The notes under the pieces: generated by a model
Told to the model about the DNA's origin: nothing
Database searches by the model: none
The model's input: the letters and a program-made list of their open reading frames with translations, nothing else
Shown here: one piece after another, positions 8,078-16,764 of the stretch
Numbering within the stretch: the first letter of the stretch is position 1
Layout: each line of letters opens with the position of its first letter
Virus record (IMG/VR): IMGVR_UViG_3300024249_000010
Span: 1-49,517 of that record
Length of the DNA: 49,517 nucleotides
Direction: 5' to 3' (one strand)
Source: a virus
Lineage: Duplodnaviria > Caudoviricetes
Made by a program: the position numbers and the translations under genes

Positions 8078-9127
8078 ATGAACCGACGAACTTTTATCCA
8101 GTGGTGTGACTACACCTACAATCCATGGATCGGCTGCACCAAAGTCTCTCCTGGGTGTGCACACTGCTACGCCGCGGAGCGTGATAAGCGGCACATGCAA
8201 GAGAAGGTCGATCACTGGGGTAAGGGCGCTCCGCGGTACCTGACGAGCGAGTCGACCCGCAATGCGCCTTACAAGTGGAACAAGCGGCCATGGATTTGCG
8301 ATAAGTGTGGACTTGCATGGGCCGCGAAGCCAACCGCGTGTGAGGGCTACGTGCCGGCTTATCACGGTGAGGAAACCTGCGGTGGCATGTCATTTCACCG
8401 CGCCCGCGTGTTCCTCGGTAGCCTCATGGACATTTTCGATGATGAGGTATCGGCTGACTGGCTTCACGGGGCTCTTAGAGTGGTTGCGGAATGCCCTGAG
8501 TTAGACTTCCTTTTTGTGACCAAGCGCCCTGAGCTATGGCGTAACCGAGTCGGATTGGTATCATCGACAAGAGAGTTCCCGTTTCGCTGGTGCCGTGATT
8601 GGCTTGAGGGTAAAGCGCCGGCAAACGTGTGGATGATAACCAGCACGGAGAATCAGGACATGGCCGACAAGCGGATCCCCGAGCTGCTCAAAATCCCGGC
8701 CGCGGTCCACGGGCTGAGCTGCGAGCCGCTGCTTGGGCCGATTGAGTTGTTGAGATCGTTAAACGGTTACGATCGGCTCGGCTACCGGAAGCCTTTCGAA
8801 AAGTTGCTCAAGAGTGAGGGAGTTGACTGGGTAATTGCCGGCGGCGAGAGCGGAGCAAGCGCCCGCCCGATGGACGTCCAGTGGATGCACGAAATCCAGA
8901 AGCAGTGTCAGGCCGCTGGCGTGGCCTACTTCGCTAAGCAGCTCGGCAGCTTCCCAATCACCGAGAATGCAAACCTTCACGACTGGCCGGACAGTACCAG
9001 GCTAGTCAACGGCTGCACGGAGGGCGCTGCCGCTGCGTGCGCAGAACTCAAGGACAAGAAGGGCGGCAAAATGGAAGAATGGCCACCTGAGCTGTGCGTT
9101 AGACAATGGCCAGCAGTAAACCGATGA
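8078..9127 (+). CDS. DUF5131 (phage Gp37/Gp68) family protein
   Basis: 'IQWCDYTYNPWIGCTKVSPGCAHCYA', 'RVFLGSLMDIF', 'TKRPE', 'SCEPLLGPI', 'DWVIAGGESG..ARPM', 'FAKQLG'. Confidence 0.93.
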   Translation: MNRRTFIQWCDYTYNPWIGCTKVSPGCAHCYAAERDKRHMQEKVDHWGKGAPRYLTSESTRNAPYKWNKRPWICDKCGLAWAAKPTACEGYVPAYHGEETCGGMSFHRARVFLGSLMDIFDDEVSADWLHGALRVVAECPELDFLFVTKRPELWRNRVGLVSSTREFPFRWCRDWLEGKAPANVWMITSTENQDMADKRIPELLKIPAAVHGLSCEPLLGPIELLRSLNGYDRLGYRKPFEKLLKSEGVDWVIAGGESGASARPMDVQWMHEIQKQCQAAGVAYFAKQLGSFPITENANLHDWPDSTRLVNGCTEGAAAACAELKDKKGGKMEEWPPELCVRQWPAVNR

Positions 9128-9336
9128 CTGAGAAAGCTCCATGGACGAGGGTGCCCGGCGCGTTGGTTAAGAACACCGAACGCTGGAAGCGGCTTTATCC
9201 TGGGCTGCGGGATGCCTTCCTGGATGCGCACCCCTTCTGCTGCAAGTGTGGGCTCTGGATAGTGTGGCGGTATCGTGATGACGAACCTCTTTGCCTTCCG
9301 CAGCACCGACCCGGCCGGGCTCAAGACTGCCGTTAA
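9124..9336 (+). pseudogene. truncated small HNH-like ORF running out of frame into DUF1643-C
   Basis: 'LRDAFLDAHPFCCKCG' resembles the start of small phage HNH proteins; no HNH core follows. Confidence 0.45.
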
Positions 9337-9595
9337 GCCGATCGGTGAAGAGGGTTTGTATATCACACCGGGCGGACACGAGTTTTTGAACCGAAACGAT
9401 TTTTACCTCTGGACGATGGCGAAGACCGTGAAGATCGTTATTGCCTGCTGGGGAACCAAAGGCGGACACCTTTATCGTAACGTGAAGGTGAAGCAGCTGA
9501 TCCCGCTGATGTTTTGCTTGAGCAAGACCAAAGACGGGCACCCGGAACATCCACTCTATTTGAAATCGGATCTCAAACCCATACCGTTCACATGA
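9263..9595 (+). pseudogene. DUF1643 family protein, C-terminal half
   Basis: 'CGGIVMTNLFAFRSTDP..N...VIACWG..TKDGHPEHPLY'; same frame as the N half; possible own start GTG/ATG 9275/9278. Confidence 0.85.
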
Positions 9596-9792
9596 TCGAA
9601 TACCACATCACCATCAAACAGCTGGACAATGGCGTCATCTCTTTTCGCTGTGAGACACCTGCTGGCAGTGCAACACTTCAAGAAATGGACGTCGCGCGCG
9701 AATTCCAGAAACAGTTTAAGAATTTCACGCTCAAAAACGGCAAGTGCGTCATAACGCACGATTGGAGCAAAAACGACCCGAAGAAAAACTGA
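9592..9792 (+). CDS. hypothetical protein
   Basis: ATGA-coupled short ORF. Confidence 0.65.
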   Translation: MIEYHITIKQLDNGVISFRCETPAGSATLQEMDVAREFQKQFKNFTLKNGKCVITHDWSKNDPKKN

Positions 9793-9793
9793 T

Positions 9794-10003
9794 ATGACTC
9801 AACAAACCACAGTGACAGGGACCGCAGGTCCGACCACAGACGAATTTCGCATCAACCCTATCCTCACGCTCGAACAGCTGAAGATCCGTTACGTGCAATG
9901 GGTTGTCGCACGCTTTGCCGGGAATAAAAAGGCGGCAGCAGATGCGCTGGGCGTGAAGCGCCAGACCGTGCACAACATTCTGAAGAAGGCGGAAGTCCAA
10001 TGA
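9794..10003 (+). CDS. stand-alone Fis/NtrC-type helix-turn-helix protein
   Basis: 'LTLEQLKIRYV..VV..AGNKKAAADALGVKRQTVHNILKK'. Confidence 0.85.
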   Translation: MTQQTTVTGTAGPTTDEFRINPILTLEQLKIRYVQWVVARFAGNKKAAADALGVKRQTVHNILKKAEVQ

Positions 10004-10275
10004 GCCAAAACAATCCCTCCCCGCTAGAAACTAAACCGCAGCCGTCGCTAACAGAGCTGCTCGAAGCCTTAGATCGTCGAAGCCAGAGGGATTACGGCGA
10101 CCGTGAAATTCCGCTTTATTACCACCTGAAACTGTTCGGAGACGGGAGCGGCGCTTTGGTTGACGTCTACGGGATTGAATTTGGCGTATTCGACAACCCG
10201 TCTGAGGCAATGCAAATCCTTGAGGCATCGCGATGGGTATTAACTGATCTACCAGTGGATGAAACCGTGACCTGA
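10000..10275 (+). CDS. hypothetical protein
   Basis: ATGA-coupled; last gene of the rightward operon. Confidence 0.65.
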   Translation: MSQNNPSPLETKPQPSLTELLEALDRRSQRDYGDREIPLYYHLKLFGDGSGALVDVYGIEFGVFDNPSEAMQILEASRWVLTDLPVDETVT

Positions 10276-10476
10276 GAGTGAAAGGGCAAAGTTAATCAAG
10301 GCGATGACGCACATCAGCACGATCACCAGCACTCCAAATTTCCGCATTGGTTCTGGCACGTAATTCTGGTTCACCCACCAAAGGAACCCGAGCACGATGA
10401 CTGCCACGACCAGCAGGATTAAAGATTGCCCAATACCACCGGACCCGATTGAAACGTCCATGAGCATTGGAATCAT
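10249..10476 (-). CDS. small two-TM membrane protein
   Basis: 'LILLVVAVIVLGFLWWVN.YVPEPMRK..VLVIVLMCVIALINF'; TGgTACACT extended -10-like element just upstream. Confidence 0.65.
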   Translation of the reverse strand: MIPMLMDVSIGSGGIGQSLILLVVAVIVLGFLWWVNQNYVPEPMRKFGVLVIVLMCVIALINFALSLSGHGFIHW

Positions 10477-10531
10477 GGAGTGAGTGTACCACCCTTTTCT
10501 CCCCGACCCAAATAGGGTCAAACACCTCCCT

Positions 10532-10566
10532 AGAAAAAGAAAACGCCGGACCAACGGGGTCCGGCG
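10532..10566 (-). terminator. intrinsic terminator
   Basis: CGCCGGACC/GGTCCGGCG 9-bp stem followed by TTTTCTTTTT on the minus strand. Confidence 0.8.
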
Positions 10567-10624
10567 CAACCATCTATGATCCAATAACCCCCGAGGGCCA
10601 CAAGAAGCCCCCGGGAACTCCTTA

Positions 10625-10942
10625 TTAACCCGCTGGTTGCACGGGTGCGGTGACCGGGGCAGGCGCAGTGCTGAGCTGCCAAGCCGGACCGCTAAAATCG
10701 AGGAGATTCACAGCCTGGATCCGCGACAGGTAATCTTGCTGTGTCTCGACCGTGAATTCCGGTCCGATTGGAATCTTCTGCAGTAACGGCAGCAACGCAG
10801 CCGCAACGGAAACCCCCATCCCAATCGGTCCACCGGCCGCAGCCAGGACCGGTAAAGCTTTCTCGGCGATCGGCAAAATGGAATCAATGATCCCAATCGC
10901 TTCGGTCGCGCCAATTTCAATAGTCTGAATCACGTTGCTCAT
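10625..10942 (-). CDS. hypothetical hydrophobic protein (lysis region)
   Basis: AAGGAAG RBS; amphipathic/hydrophobic core. Confidence 0.7.
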   Translation of the reverse strand: MSNVIQTIEIGATEAIGIIDSILPIAEKALPVLAAAGGPIGMGVSVAAALLPLLQKIPIGPEFTVETQQDYLSRIQAVNLLDFSGPAWQLSTAPAPVTAPVQPAG

Positions 10943-10950
10943 ACTTCCTT

Positions 10951-11625
10951 TCAGTGGCTGTTTTTAAGTGCTGTTGCTGTTGCCGCTTGCGAAGAGAGCT
11001 GCGTAACGGCCGATTGAAGATTGTTGCTTGCGCCTGGAGCAAGAGACGGTGCGTTTTTCCGGATCCAAAGGTAGTTCGATCTCAAGTTCCACGCGTTGGT
11101 AAACCAGAGCGGCGCATCCAACCGCACGGCATCCGCTGCCACCGTGACCGAGTGCAGCTTGCCGGTGAGGCTCGCCCTATTCTGCTCTTCCCAGCTCAGA
11201 AACGTCACTAGGACGTCTTTGCTGTCGACCAGGGTCTTATCCACACCAAAGATGAACGGACCGAGCGCCTGCCCGCTATTGGTGTCCACGGTCGAGTAAG
11301 CACCTCCCGGCGCTAAAGTCATGTTGCAAGCTGGCGTGAACAGCAGCAGTGCGGGTATCGCAGCCAGGAAGAGAATGGCGCCCATCTTAATGCTGGCGAC
11401 GCCAGTAGGCGGAGGAGTCAGGGCTTCATCGAGTGCATCTTGAGTTGCAGCCGAAGATTTAGCGATCGAGGCTCGCATGGTAACCGTTGCGGTACCGCCG
11501 AGAATAAGGTCCAGCGCGGCATTGTGCGGCCAAAGACCCATCGCAACACCACCACCGTAGATGATCGCAGCGAAGCCGATGAAATACGTTTTCTTACCGG
11601 AGAGCCAATTTAGGATTGCTTGCAT
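10951..11625 (-). CDS. holin-like N-terminus fused to putative lipoprotein domain
   Basis: 'WLSGKKTY' plus two hydrophobic segments; internal 'KMGAILFLAAIPALLLFTPAC' signal/lipobox-like stretch. Confidence 0.55.
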   Translation of the reverse strand: MQAILNWLSGKKTYFIGFAAIIYGGGVAMGLWPHNAALDLILGGTATVTMRASIAKSSAATQDALDEALTPPPTGVASIKMGAILFLAAIPALLLFTPACNMTLAPGGAYSTVDTNSGQALGPFIFGVDKTLVDSKDVLVTFLSWEEQNRASLTGKLHSVTVAADAVRLDAPLWFTNAWNLRSNYLWIRKNAPSLAPGASNNLQSAVTQLSSQAATATALKNSH

Positions 11626-11658
11626 GGTCCGGCTTATACGCCGGTACCGGTTGAGGAG

Positions 11659-11904
11659 TCAACCACGTTTCGCGAAGTGATCGGTGTCAAAATCCTTCTT
11701 CAGCTCCGCAACCACCTTGGCGTCAGCAGCGAAAAAGGAAACCGCCGCTTTGCCCAGGGCCGTCAGGAAGAAGCCGCTCATTGCCACCATTGCGACCCAT
11801 TTCGGGCACGACTGAGAAGCCATCCAGACGACCGGTGCCCCGACCAAGACCGTCCCGAATACTCCGATCGCTCCGCCGAGGCTCGTTCGCCAGTTGCGTT
11901 TCAT
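11659..11904 (-). CDS. putative holin
   Basis: 'MKRNWRTSLGG', two TM segments, 'FFAAD', charged C-terminus. Confidence 0.65.
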   Translation of the reverse strand: MKRNWRTSLGGAIGVFGTVLVGAPVVWMASQSCPKWVAMVAMSGFFLTALGKAAVSFFAADAKVVAELKKDFDTDHFAKRG

Positions 11905-11905
11905 T

Positions 11906-12748
11906 TCAATAGGGCCCAGTGGGATAACCACCGGAACGAGTCGCCAGACCATTGCCTGAGTTGTAGACCCGATTCAGTTGCGAGTCACTGAGCGTCACGT
12001 TCGTCCACCAGAAACACTGCGCGACAAAACCGTCTGTGTTGATCGATGAACCGCACCCATTAGCGTATCGGCCGATCTCGGTGTCATCAGCCATCGCGTG
12101 AGTGTGCGCAACCGCAACGCCAGTAGTGCGCGCTGAGCTGTCGATCTTAAACCAGATGTTAGCCCCATCCCAGCCACCGGAAATGTAGTGCCAAGTCCCA
12201 GTATCGAGCGCCGGACCGTCCACGAAACGCGAGGTGTTACCGCTGTCCTTCAGCCCGAACGTCCAGTTGCCGCCGCCAGATTGACCCAGGTAAAAGCCGG
12301 GCGACGGGCCCCAGGTATCAAACACGGGATTGTTGACGACCGTGTTCGAGTTTTTCACCCAGCAACCGACCGTAAACACCACATCAGCCGACAGTGACGG
12401 AGCAGGCGTTAGACCGTTGACGGCAAAGCCTCGCACGGCATCGCCGCTGTTTGAATGGAAGTCGGCAACGTGGTTTACATTTCCGAAGCCTGCCGCCTGC
12501 AGAACCGCCGTGTTGCAGTCGGCAAGCGTGAAACCGTTCCCGCTCAGATCGACGATCTGAGGGAATGGACTTCCATCGCCAACAGCCGTGTTGAGCGCGT
12601 ACGCTGCAAATATGCCCAGATCGAGATCCGCATTGGGATTGACCGCAGGCGTAATAGCCGAGGAAATGTCCCGCCAGTCATTGAAGAACTGAGCGTTGCC
12701 TGTCGTTGCCCACAGGCTGAGCAGGAATAAAGATAAGAGCTTTTTCAT
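11906..12748 (-). CDS. secreted LamG/concanavalin A-like domain protein
   Basis: Signal peptide 'MKKLLSLFLLSLWATTGNA'; 'FTVGCWVK', 'GTWHYISGGWDG', 'LSDSQLNRVYNSG'. Confidence 0.8.
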   Translation of the reverse strand: MKKLLSLFLLSLWATTGNAQFFNDWRDISSAITPAVNPNADLDLGIFAAYALNTAVGDGSPFPQIVDLSGNGFTLADCNTAVLQAAGFGNVNHVADFHSNSGDAVRGFAVNGLTPAPSLSADVVFTVGCWVKNSNTVVNNPVFDTWGPSPGFYLGQSGGGNWTFGLKDSGNTSRFVDGPALDTGTWHYISGGWDGANIWFKIDSSARTTGVAVAHTHAMADDTEIGRYANGCGSSINTDGFVAQCFWWTNVTLSDSQLNRVYNSGNGLATRSGGYPTGPY

Positions 12749-13803
12749 GGTCCAAAAGGTGTGAATACCGCGCCGGTTATCGTGCCGCCAATACCGCCGC
12801 TCACCAGGGTGCCAAACGATCCATTGGTCACGACCCATGTCCCGGTAGGTATCTTTTTCACATTAGCCACTGAGTAGGTGACAGTCCTGTCCGCGCCGTT
12901 GGCCAGGATATAGAGCACGTTACGGAAGCCGAGCCCCGTCTTGACGTTGGCAATTCCGCTGATAGTCGGATTGGCTGTGCAGTTTGTCACCTGCTCACCG
13001 AGCGAGGCGTCGACATTGGCCCCAGTAACGGGATTGGTCGCAGCGTAAAAGTTGTTCGTGAGATAAAGGTCATTCACCCCTGGAGTCAGCGTGTACGCCG
13101 GTCCGGTCCCGTCATTGCTCAGCAGCCCGGCGCTGTTGGCAATGCTGACAGCATCCTTGTTGGCGCTCGCCTTAAGCACGGTATTCGCTGTCCAAGAGCT
13201 GTTCGTCAATGCGCTCACTGTTATCTGGTTGAACGTCGATTTACCGTTGATCGTAAGATTCGATTGCACCGTGAGCCCGCCGTTGATCGTGACGTTCGTG
13301 TTTATCGTGATCACGTTGCTGTTATAGGAATTGATCACGTCGACGTGATTGCTAGTGACATACACGTTAGTCGCGAAAAAGTTGTTGATCGGCGCACTGG
13401 AATCGATCGCGACCGGGTGTCCACCAGAATCCAACCCAAGCGCAGTCGGTGAGCTGATCCCGTCGAAGATGAACGTCGAGGAAGGAAAGTGGATGCTGTC
13501 GTCAGTGGTGCGGAAAAGCAGCGTCGAGGATCCACCGTCAATGCGATCGTACTGCAGCAGCATACCGTGACTGCCTTCCTTCTTTACGGTGTCCTCAAAT
13601 GTCGCATCGAGCTGGAATTTCAACACACTGTTGGTCAGGATCGCGGCGCTTATTGTGCCGCTCGCCGTGATGTTTGTCAGCCCGGCGCCGTCGCCGTAGA
13701 ATTGCCCGACCCACTTGGTCAGTCCGGCGCCCAGTGCTGCGATCAACGCAATCCCGATCAGGAGACCGGCGCACGTCGCTTTTAATGGTGAGAGTCGTTT
13801 CAT
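12745..13803 (-). CDS. secreted/anchored fibre-like protein
   Basis: N-terminal hydrophobic segment; 'FYGDGAGLTNI' fibre motif; Asn/Thr-rich beta repeats. Confidence 0.65.
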   Translation of the reverse strand: MKRLSPLKATCAGLLIGIALIAALGAGLTKWVGQFYGDGAGLTNITASGTISAAILTNSVLKFQLDATFEDTVKKEGSHGMLLQYDRIDGGSSTLLFRTTDDSIHFPSSTFIFDGISSPTALGLDSGGHPVAIDSSAPINNFFATNVYVTSNHVDVINSYNSNVITINTNVTINGGLTVQSNLTINGKSTFNQITVSALTNSSWTANTVLKASANKDAVSIANSAGLLSNDGTGPAYTLTPGVNDLYLTNNFYAATNPVTGANVDASLGEQVTNCTANPTISGIANVKTGLGFRNVLYILANGADRTVTYSVANVKKIPTGTWVVTNGSFGTLVSGGIGGTITGAVFTPFGP

Positions 13804-13816
13804 ACTGTACCTTTCT

Positions 13817-16519
13817 TTAGTTTTGGCCGATCACCCACCAGTTAGCATTATCGCTAATGACTGCGGTGAATTTGTTGACGGCTGTGTTGGTCCACTTAGC
13901 TGCCCCATCGATCGTCTGGGAAGAGGTTGTCAGGATTGCGTTTGTTCCTGCTGAGCTGCACTTAATGACGTATGTCTTGCCGCCTATACCGACTGCAGTG
14001 GGGAGTGTCGCCGTGTGAGCGCCGGTAAGCAGGACAAGATAATCGGTCGAAAGTAAGGCGTAGTTCGCCGACTGTGAGTTTACTTTATTCGTGAACGTGG
14101 TGATGTTCACGCCGGGTGATAACCCATCGATCAATGTCTTTATCTGAGCGCCAGTCGTTGCGGTGCCATCCGCATCTATCGGGACTGCGCCTGAAGCAGT
14201 TGCATCCTGCACCCCGCGCCCGCCGTCTCCAACCTGCACACGCCCGCTTGTAAGCGTTGCGTTGTTCGTGGTGATGGACTTCCCGAGGTTGTTGATTTGC
14301 GCGAAAGTCGTTGCCGTGCCGTCAGCGTCTATTGGAACCGATCCGCTGGCCGAGACATTGGTAACTTGGTTCGCCGCGCTAAACATCGCCACCCTGGATG
14401 CGGTAGCATTGCTCAGAGAGAGGGCATGGGCAGCGTCCACGCGAAAAGCATTACTCACAGTGATCGCCTGACTTTCCCCGTTGGTCACGATGAACCCAGG
14501 TTGGGCGATATGGCCCATAGAGATCGCTGTCGCTGCAATTAATTTTCCGTTGGAGTCGGACGCTACTGCATCTGCGCTCAGAAGGTCCTTGTTGGTCATC
14601 CCTCCGTAGAAAATCTGGCCCCCTTCGTAAGTGTTTCCATTGACGGGGATGAACTGTTCAATGTGTCCTGAAGTGATGGCGTTTGTATTCCCGACAACCA
14701 CGAATTGACCGTTGCCATAAGTGGCATACGGGATTCCATTCCCGGTCGTTGGAGTCGTCACCTGCACCCAGTTGGTCCCATCCACCGAAGTCATCGTCTG
14801 GCTATTGTTTGCTGCAACGAAAACACCCTTGCCAAAGGCCAAAGTGTTAGCTTGGGCAAAAGGCGTGGTCTGATAGACCCAATTAGTGCCGTTGACTGAT
14901 GTCGCCGCAGTCGTACTCACAGAGCCAGAGGCGCTCACTGCCACGAAGATCCCGTTTCCGAAGGCGAGCTTACTGATCGGATTGGCTATCGACGCGGAGG
15001 CCCACGTCGCTCCGTCTGGCGAAGTCCACACAACCGAGTCACCGGCAATCACGAACAACTGATTCGCGAAAATGATGTCCTGTCCGATTCCCCCGGAGAG
15101 GCTCGCCCCGGAGGACCAAGTTACTCCGTCCCTGGAAGTCGCCGTGATGGAACTCTTGCCTGAAGTTCCAACGCTCACGTAAAGGCCATTCCCGAAAGCA
15201 ACCCCAAGCCAAGACGCAGTTTGCGGAGTGCGCGCAGTCCAGTTGATGCCGTCAGGAGAAGTCACGCAGTCACCCGCGTTCTGGCCAAGGTAAACAAACT
15301 GCCCATTCGCGTAGAGTGCGGCCTTGCGCCAGATACCACTTACCGAAATAGAGCCTGATTTCCAGTGAAGCCCGTCATGCGAATAGAAATTTGTCGCAGC
15401 ACAGAGGTAAACATAAAGCCCGCCGCCGTAGGTGACTTGCGATGACGGAGTGCCAGCCGTAAGCAAAAGGTTGGAACTCCACGTATAACCGGGCCATTGA
15501 AGTTGGTACAGTCCGTTGGTCGCATTGAGAGCCGCGTTAATTGCGTCAAAGGTGCTCGCCAGATTGATTGCGAGCCTCGCGGTATTGGTCGCGTTCTGAG
15601 CCGAGCCGAGCGGATCCCACAAATTGGTGTTGGCTATGGCCAGTTGATTTGTCGCCGTCTGTGCCGCCCCAAGAGCATCCCACCGGTTGCTATTAGCGAT
15701 CGCCAGTCCGTTTGTCGCCGCTTGAGCTGACCCCAATGGATCCCAGAGATTCGTGTTAGCTATTGCGAGCTGATTCGTCGCAGTTTGCGCGGCGCCCAAA
15801 GCATCGAACGTCCCTGCCAAGTTTACCGCCAGCCGTGCCGTGTTGGTTGCGTTCTGTGCTGAGCCCAATGGATCCCATCTGTTTGTATTGGCGATCGCTA
15901 ATTGATTGGTAGCAGTCTGAGCGGCGCCCAGGGGATCCCAAAGGTTGGTATTCGCAATAGCGAGCTGGTTGGTTGCCGTGAGAGCTGCACCTGCAGGATC
16001 GTAAGCACCCGAAGACGTCCACGCCGCTGAGCCCAGAGCATTCGTCCCCTGGTAAACCAAGTTACTTGAGGAGAGCCAAAGACTGTTTGAGCTAGTAAAC
16101 GCGCCGGTCGCTAAACCGTTGGTCGCGTTCAAAGCTGCCCCGGCCGGATCGTAAGCAGTGATCGACGTCCACGCGGCAGACCCTAAAACATTCGTCGCCT
16201 GCCATGTCAGGTTACTCGCAGCTACCCACAGCGAATTTGAAGTTGTGTAAGCGCCCGACGACAGGACGTTGGTCGCCTGCCACATGAGATTGCTTGCCGC
16301 AATCCAAAGGGAATTCGAAGAGCTGAGGGATGACCCGAGAGGATCCCAAAGGTTCGTATTGGCGATTGCCAGAGCATTCGTCGCGATTCGAGCCGCTCCA
16401 AATTGTTCGTACTGGCTTGGGGGAGCCCACGCCCCGAGATGAGAGTTGCCGACAGCTCCATGCAACAAGAGAGGATTCAAGCCCAGCGTGACCGCCAGGA
16501 CTATCAACAGGCGCCGCAT
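13817..16519 (-). CDS. large secreted fibre/adhesin with 21-aa repeats and beta-propeller-like domain
   Basis: Signal peptide 'MRRLLIVLAVTLGL..'; repeated 'TSxDGxxW' and '(F/Y)GNGxFVxV' blades; C-terminal 'TLPTAVG.GGKTYVIK..SQTIDG..SDNANWWVI' fibre domain. Confidence 0.75.
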   Translation of the reverse strand: MRRLLIVLAVTLGLNPLLLHGAVGNSHLGAWAPPSQYEQFGAARIATNALAIANTNLWDPLGSSLSSSNSLWIAASNLMWQATNVLSSGAYTTSNSLWVAASNLTWQATNVLGSAAWTSITAYDPAGAALNATNGLATGAFTSSNSLWLSSSNLVYQGTNALGSAAWTSSGAYDPAGAALTATNQLAIANTNLWDPLGAAQTATNQLAIANTNRWDPLGSAQNATNTARLAVNLAGTFDALGAAQTATNQLAIANTNLWDPLGSAQAATNGLAIANSNRWDALGAAQTATNQLAIANTNLWDPLGSAQNATNTARLAINLASTFDAINAALNATNGLYQLQWPGYTWSSNLLLTAGTPSSQVTYGGGLYVYLCAATNFYSHDGLHWKSGSISVSGIWRKAALYANGQFVYLGQNAGDCVTSPDGINWTARTPQTASWLGVAFGNGLYVSVGTSGKSSITATSRDGVTWSSGASLSGGIGQDIIFANQLFVIAGDSVVWTSPDGATWASASIANPISKLAFGNGIFVAVSASGSVSTTAATSVNGTNWVYQTTPFAQANTLAFGKGVFVAANNSQTMTSVDGTNWVQVTTPTTGNGIPYATYGNGQFVVVGNTNAITSGHIEQFIPVNGNTYEGGQIFYGGMTNKDLLSADAVASDSNGKLIAATAISMGHIAQPGFIVTNGESQAITVSNAFRVDAAHALSLSNATASRVAMFSAANQVTNVSASGSVPIDADGTATTFAQINNLGKSITTNNATLTSGRVQVGDGGRGVQDATASGAVPIDADGTATTGAQIKTLIDGLSPGVNITTFTNKVNSQSANYALLSTDYLVLLTGAHTATLPTAVGIGGKTYVIKCSSAGTNAILTTSSQTIDGAAKWTNTAVNKFTAVISDNANWWVIGQN
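15515..16390 (-). repeat. degenerate ~63-bp coding tandem repeats
   Basis: 'ATNQLAIANTNLWDPLG(A/S)AQ' units plus 'SNSLW..SNL.WQ.TN' and 'AYDPAGAA' units. Confidence 0.85.
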
Positions 16520-16524
16520 GGCGT

Positions 16525-16725
16525 TTAGTGCCACTCCCCGCCCCAATAGACCCAGGTCTGGCCGTTGACGTCCACCACGAAGCTGCTGAAAGCTGGCGGA
16601 GGCAGGATCGGCGGACCTGCATAATCAATCGAGTCCTGTACTGCAGAGATTGGAAGCCCGGAGGTATTTTCGGGCGGCGCAGGTGTTAAAAGGCACTGAT
16701 ACGTGCCAAACGGACCTTCGTTCAC
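16525..16725 (-). CDS. small virion/adaptor-like protein
   Basis: GTG start; C-terminal 'VVDVNGQTWVYWGGEWH' resembles fibre-attachment motifs. Confidence 0.55.
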   Translation of the reverse strand: MNEGPFGTYQCLLTPAPPENTSGLPISAVQDSIDYAGPPILPPPAFSSFVVDVNGQTWVYWGGEWH

Positions 16726-16764
16726 TATTGAGCCATTTCTGCCGGGTGACTTCGACCCTATCAG

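Noticed and set aside
1200-9262. Programmed unscrambling by swapping blocks ~1204-8012 and ~8013-9262 (AACCC and CTC microhomologies give PPPNP-SDIDG and CKCGL-RAKHV)
   Set aside because: Frame accounting shows all three new junctions cannot be in frame in a conservative swap, and neither rejoined protein regains its missing motifs (WExDAL, HNH core)
8015-9262. Insert as a group I/II intron, intein or IS element
   Set aside because: Nearly all coding with no room for a ribozyme core, contains in-frame stops, and has no transposase or terminal repeats
1254-9262. TAG stop-codon reassignment (TAG at 1254 and 9260 border broken genes)
   Set aside because: Long genes are intact under code 11, terL and others end normally in TAG, and read-through does not restore homologous sequence
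15515-16390. Repeats as a CRISPR array or DGR template/variable repeats
   Set aside because: Degenerate in-frame coding repeats without unique spacers; no cas operon or reverse transcriptase in the window
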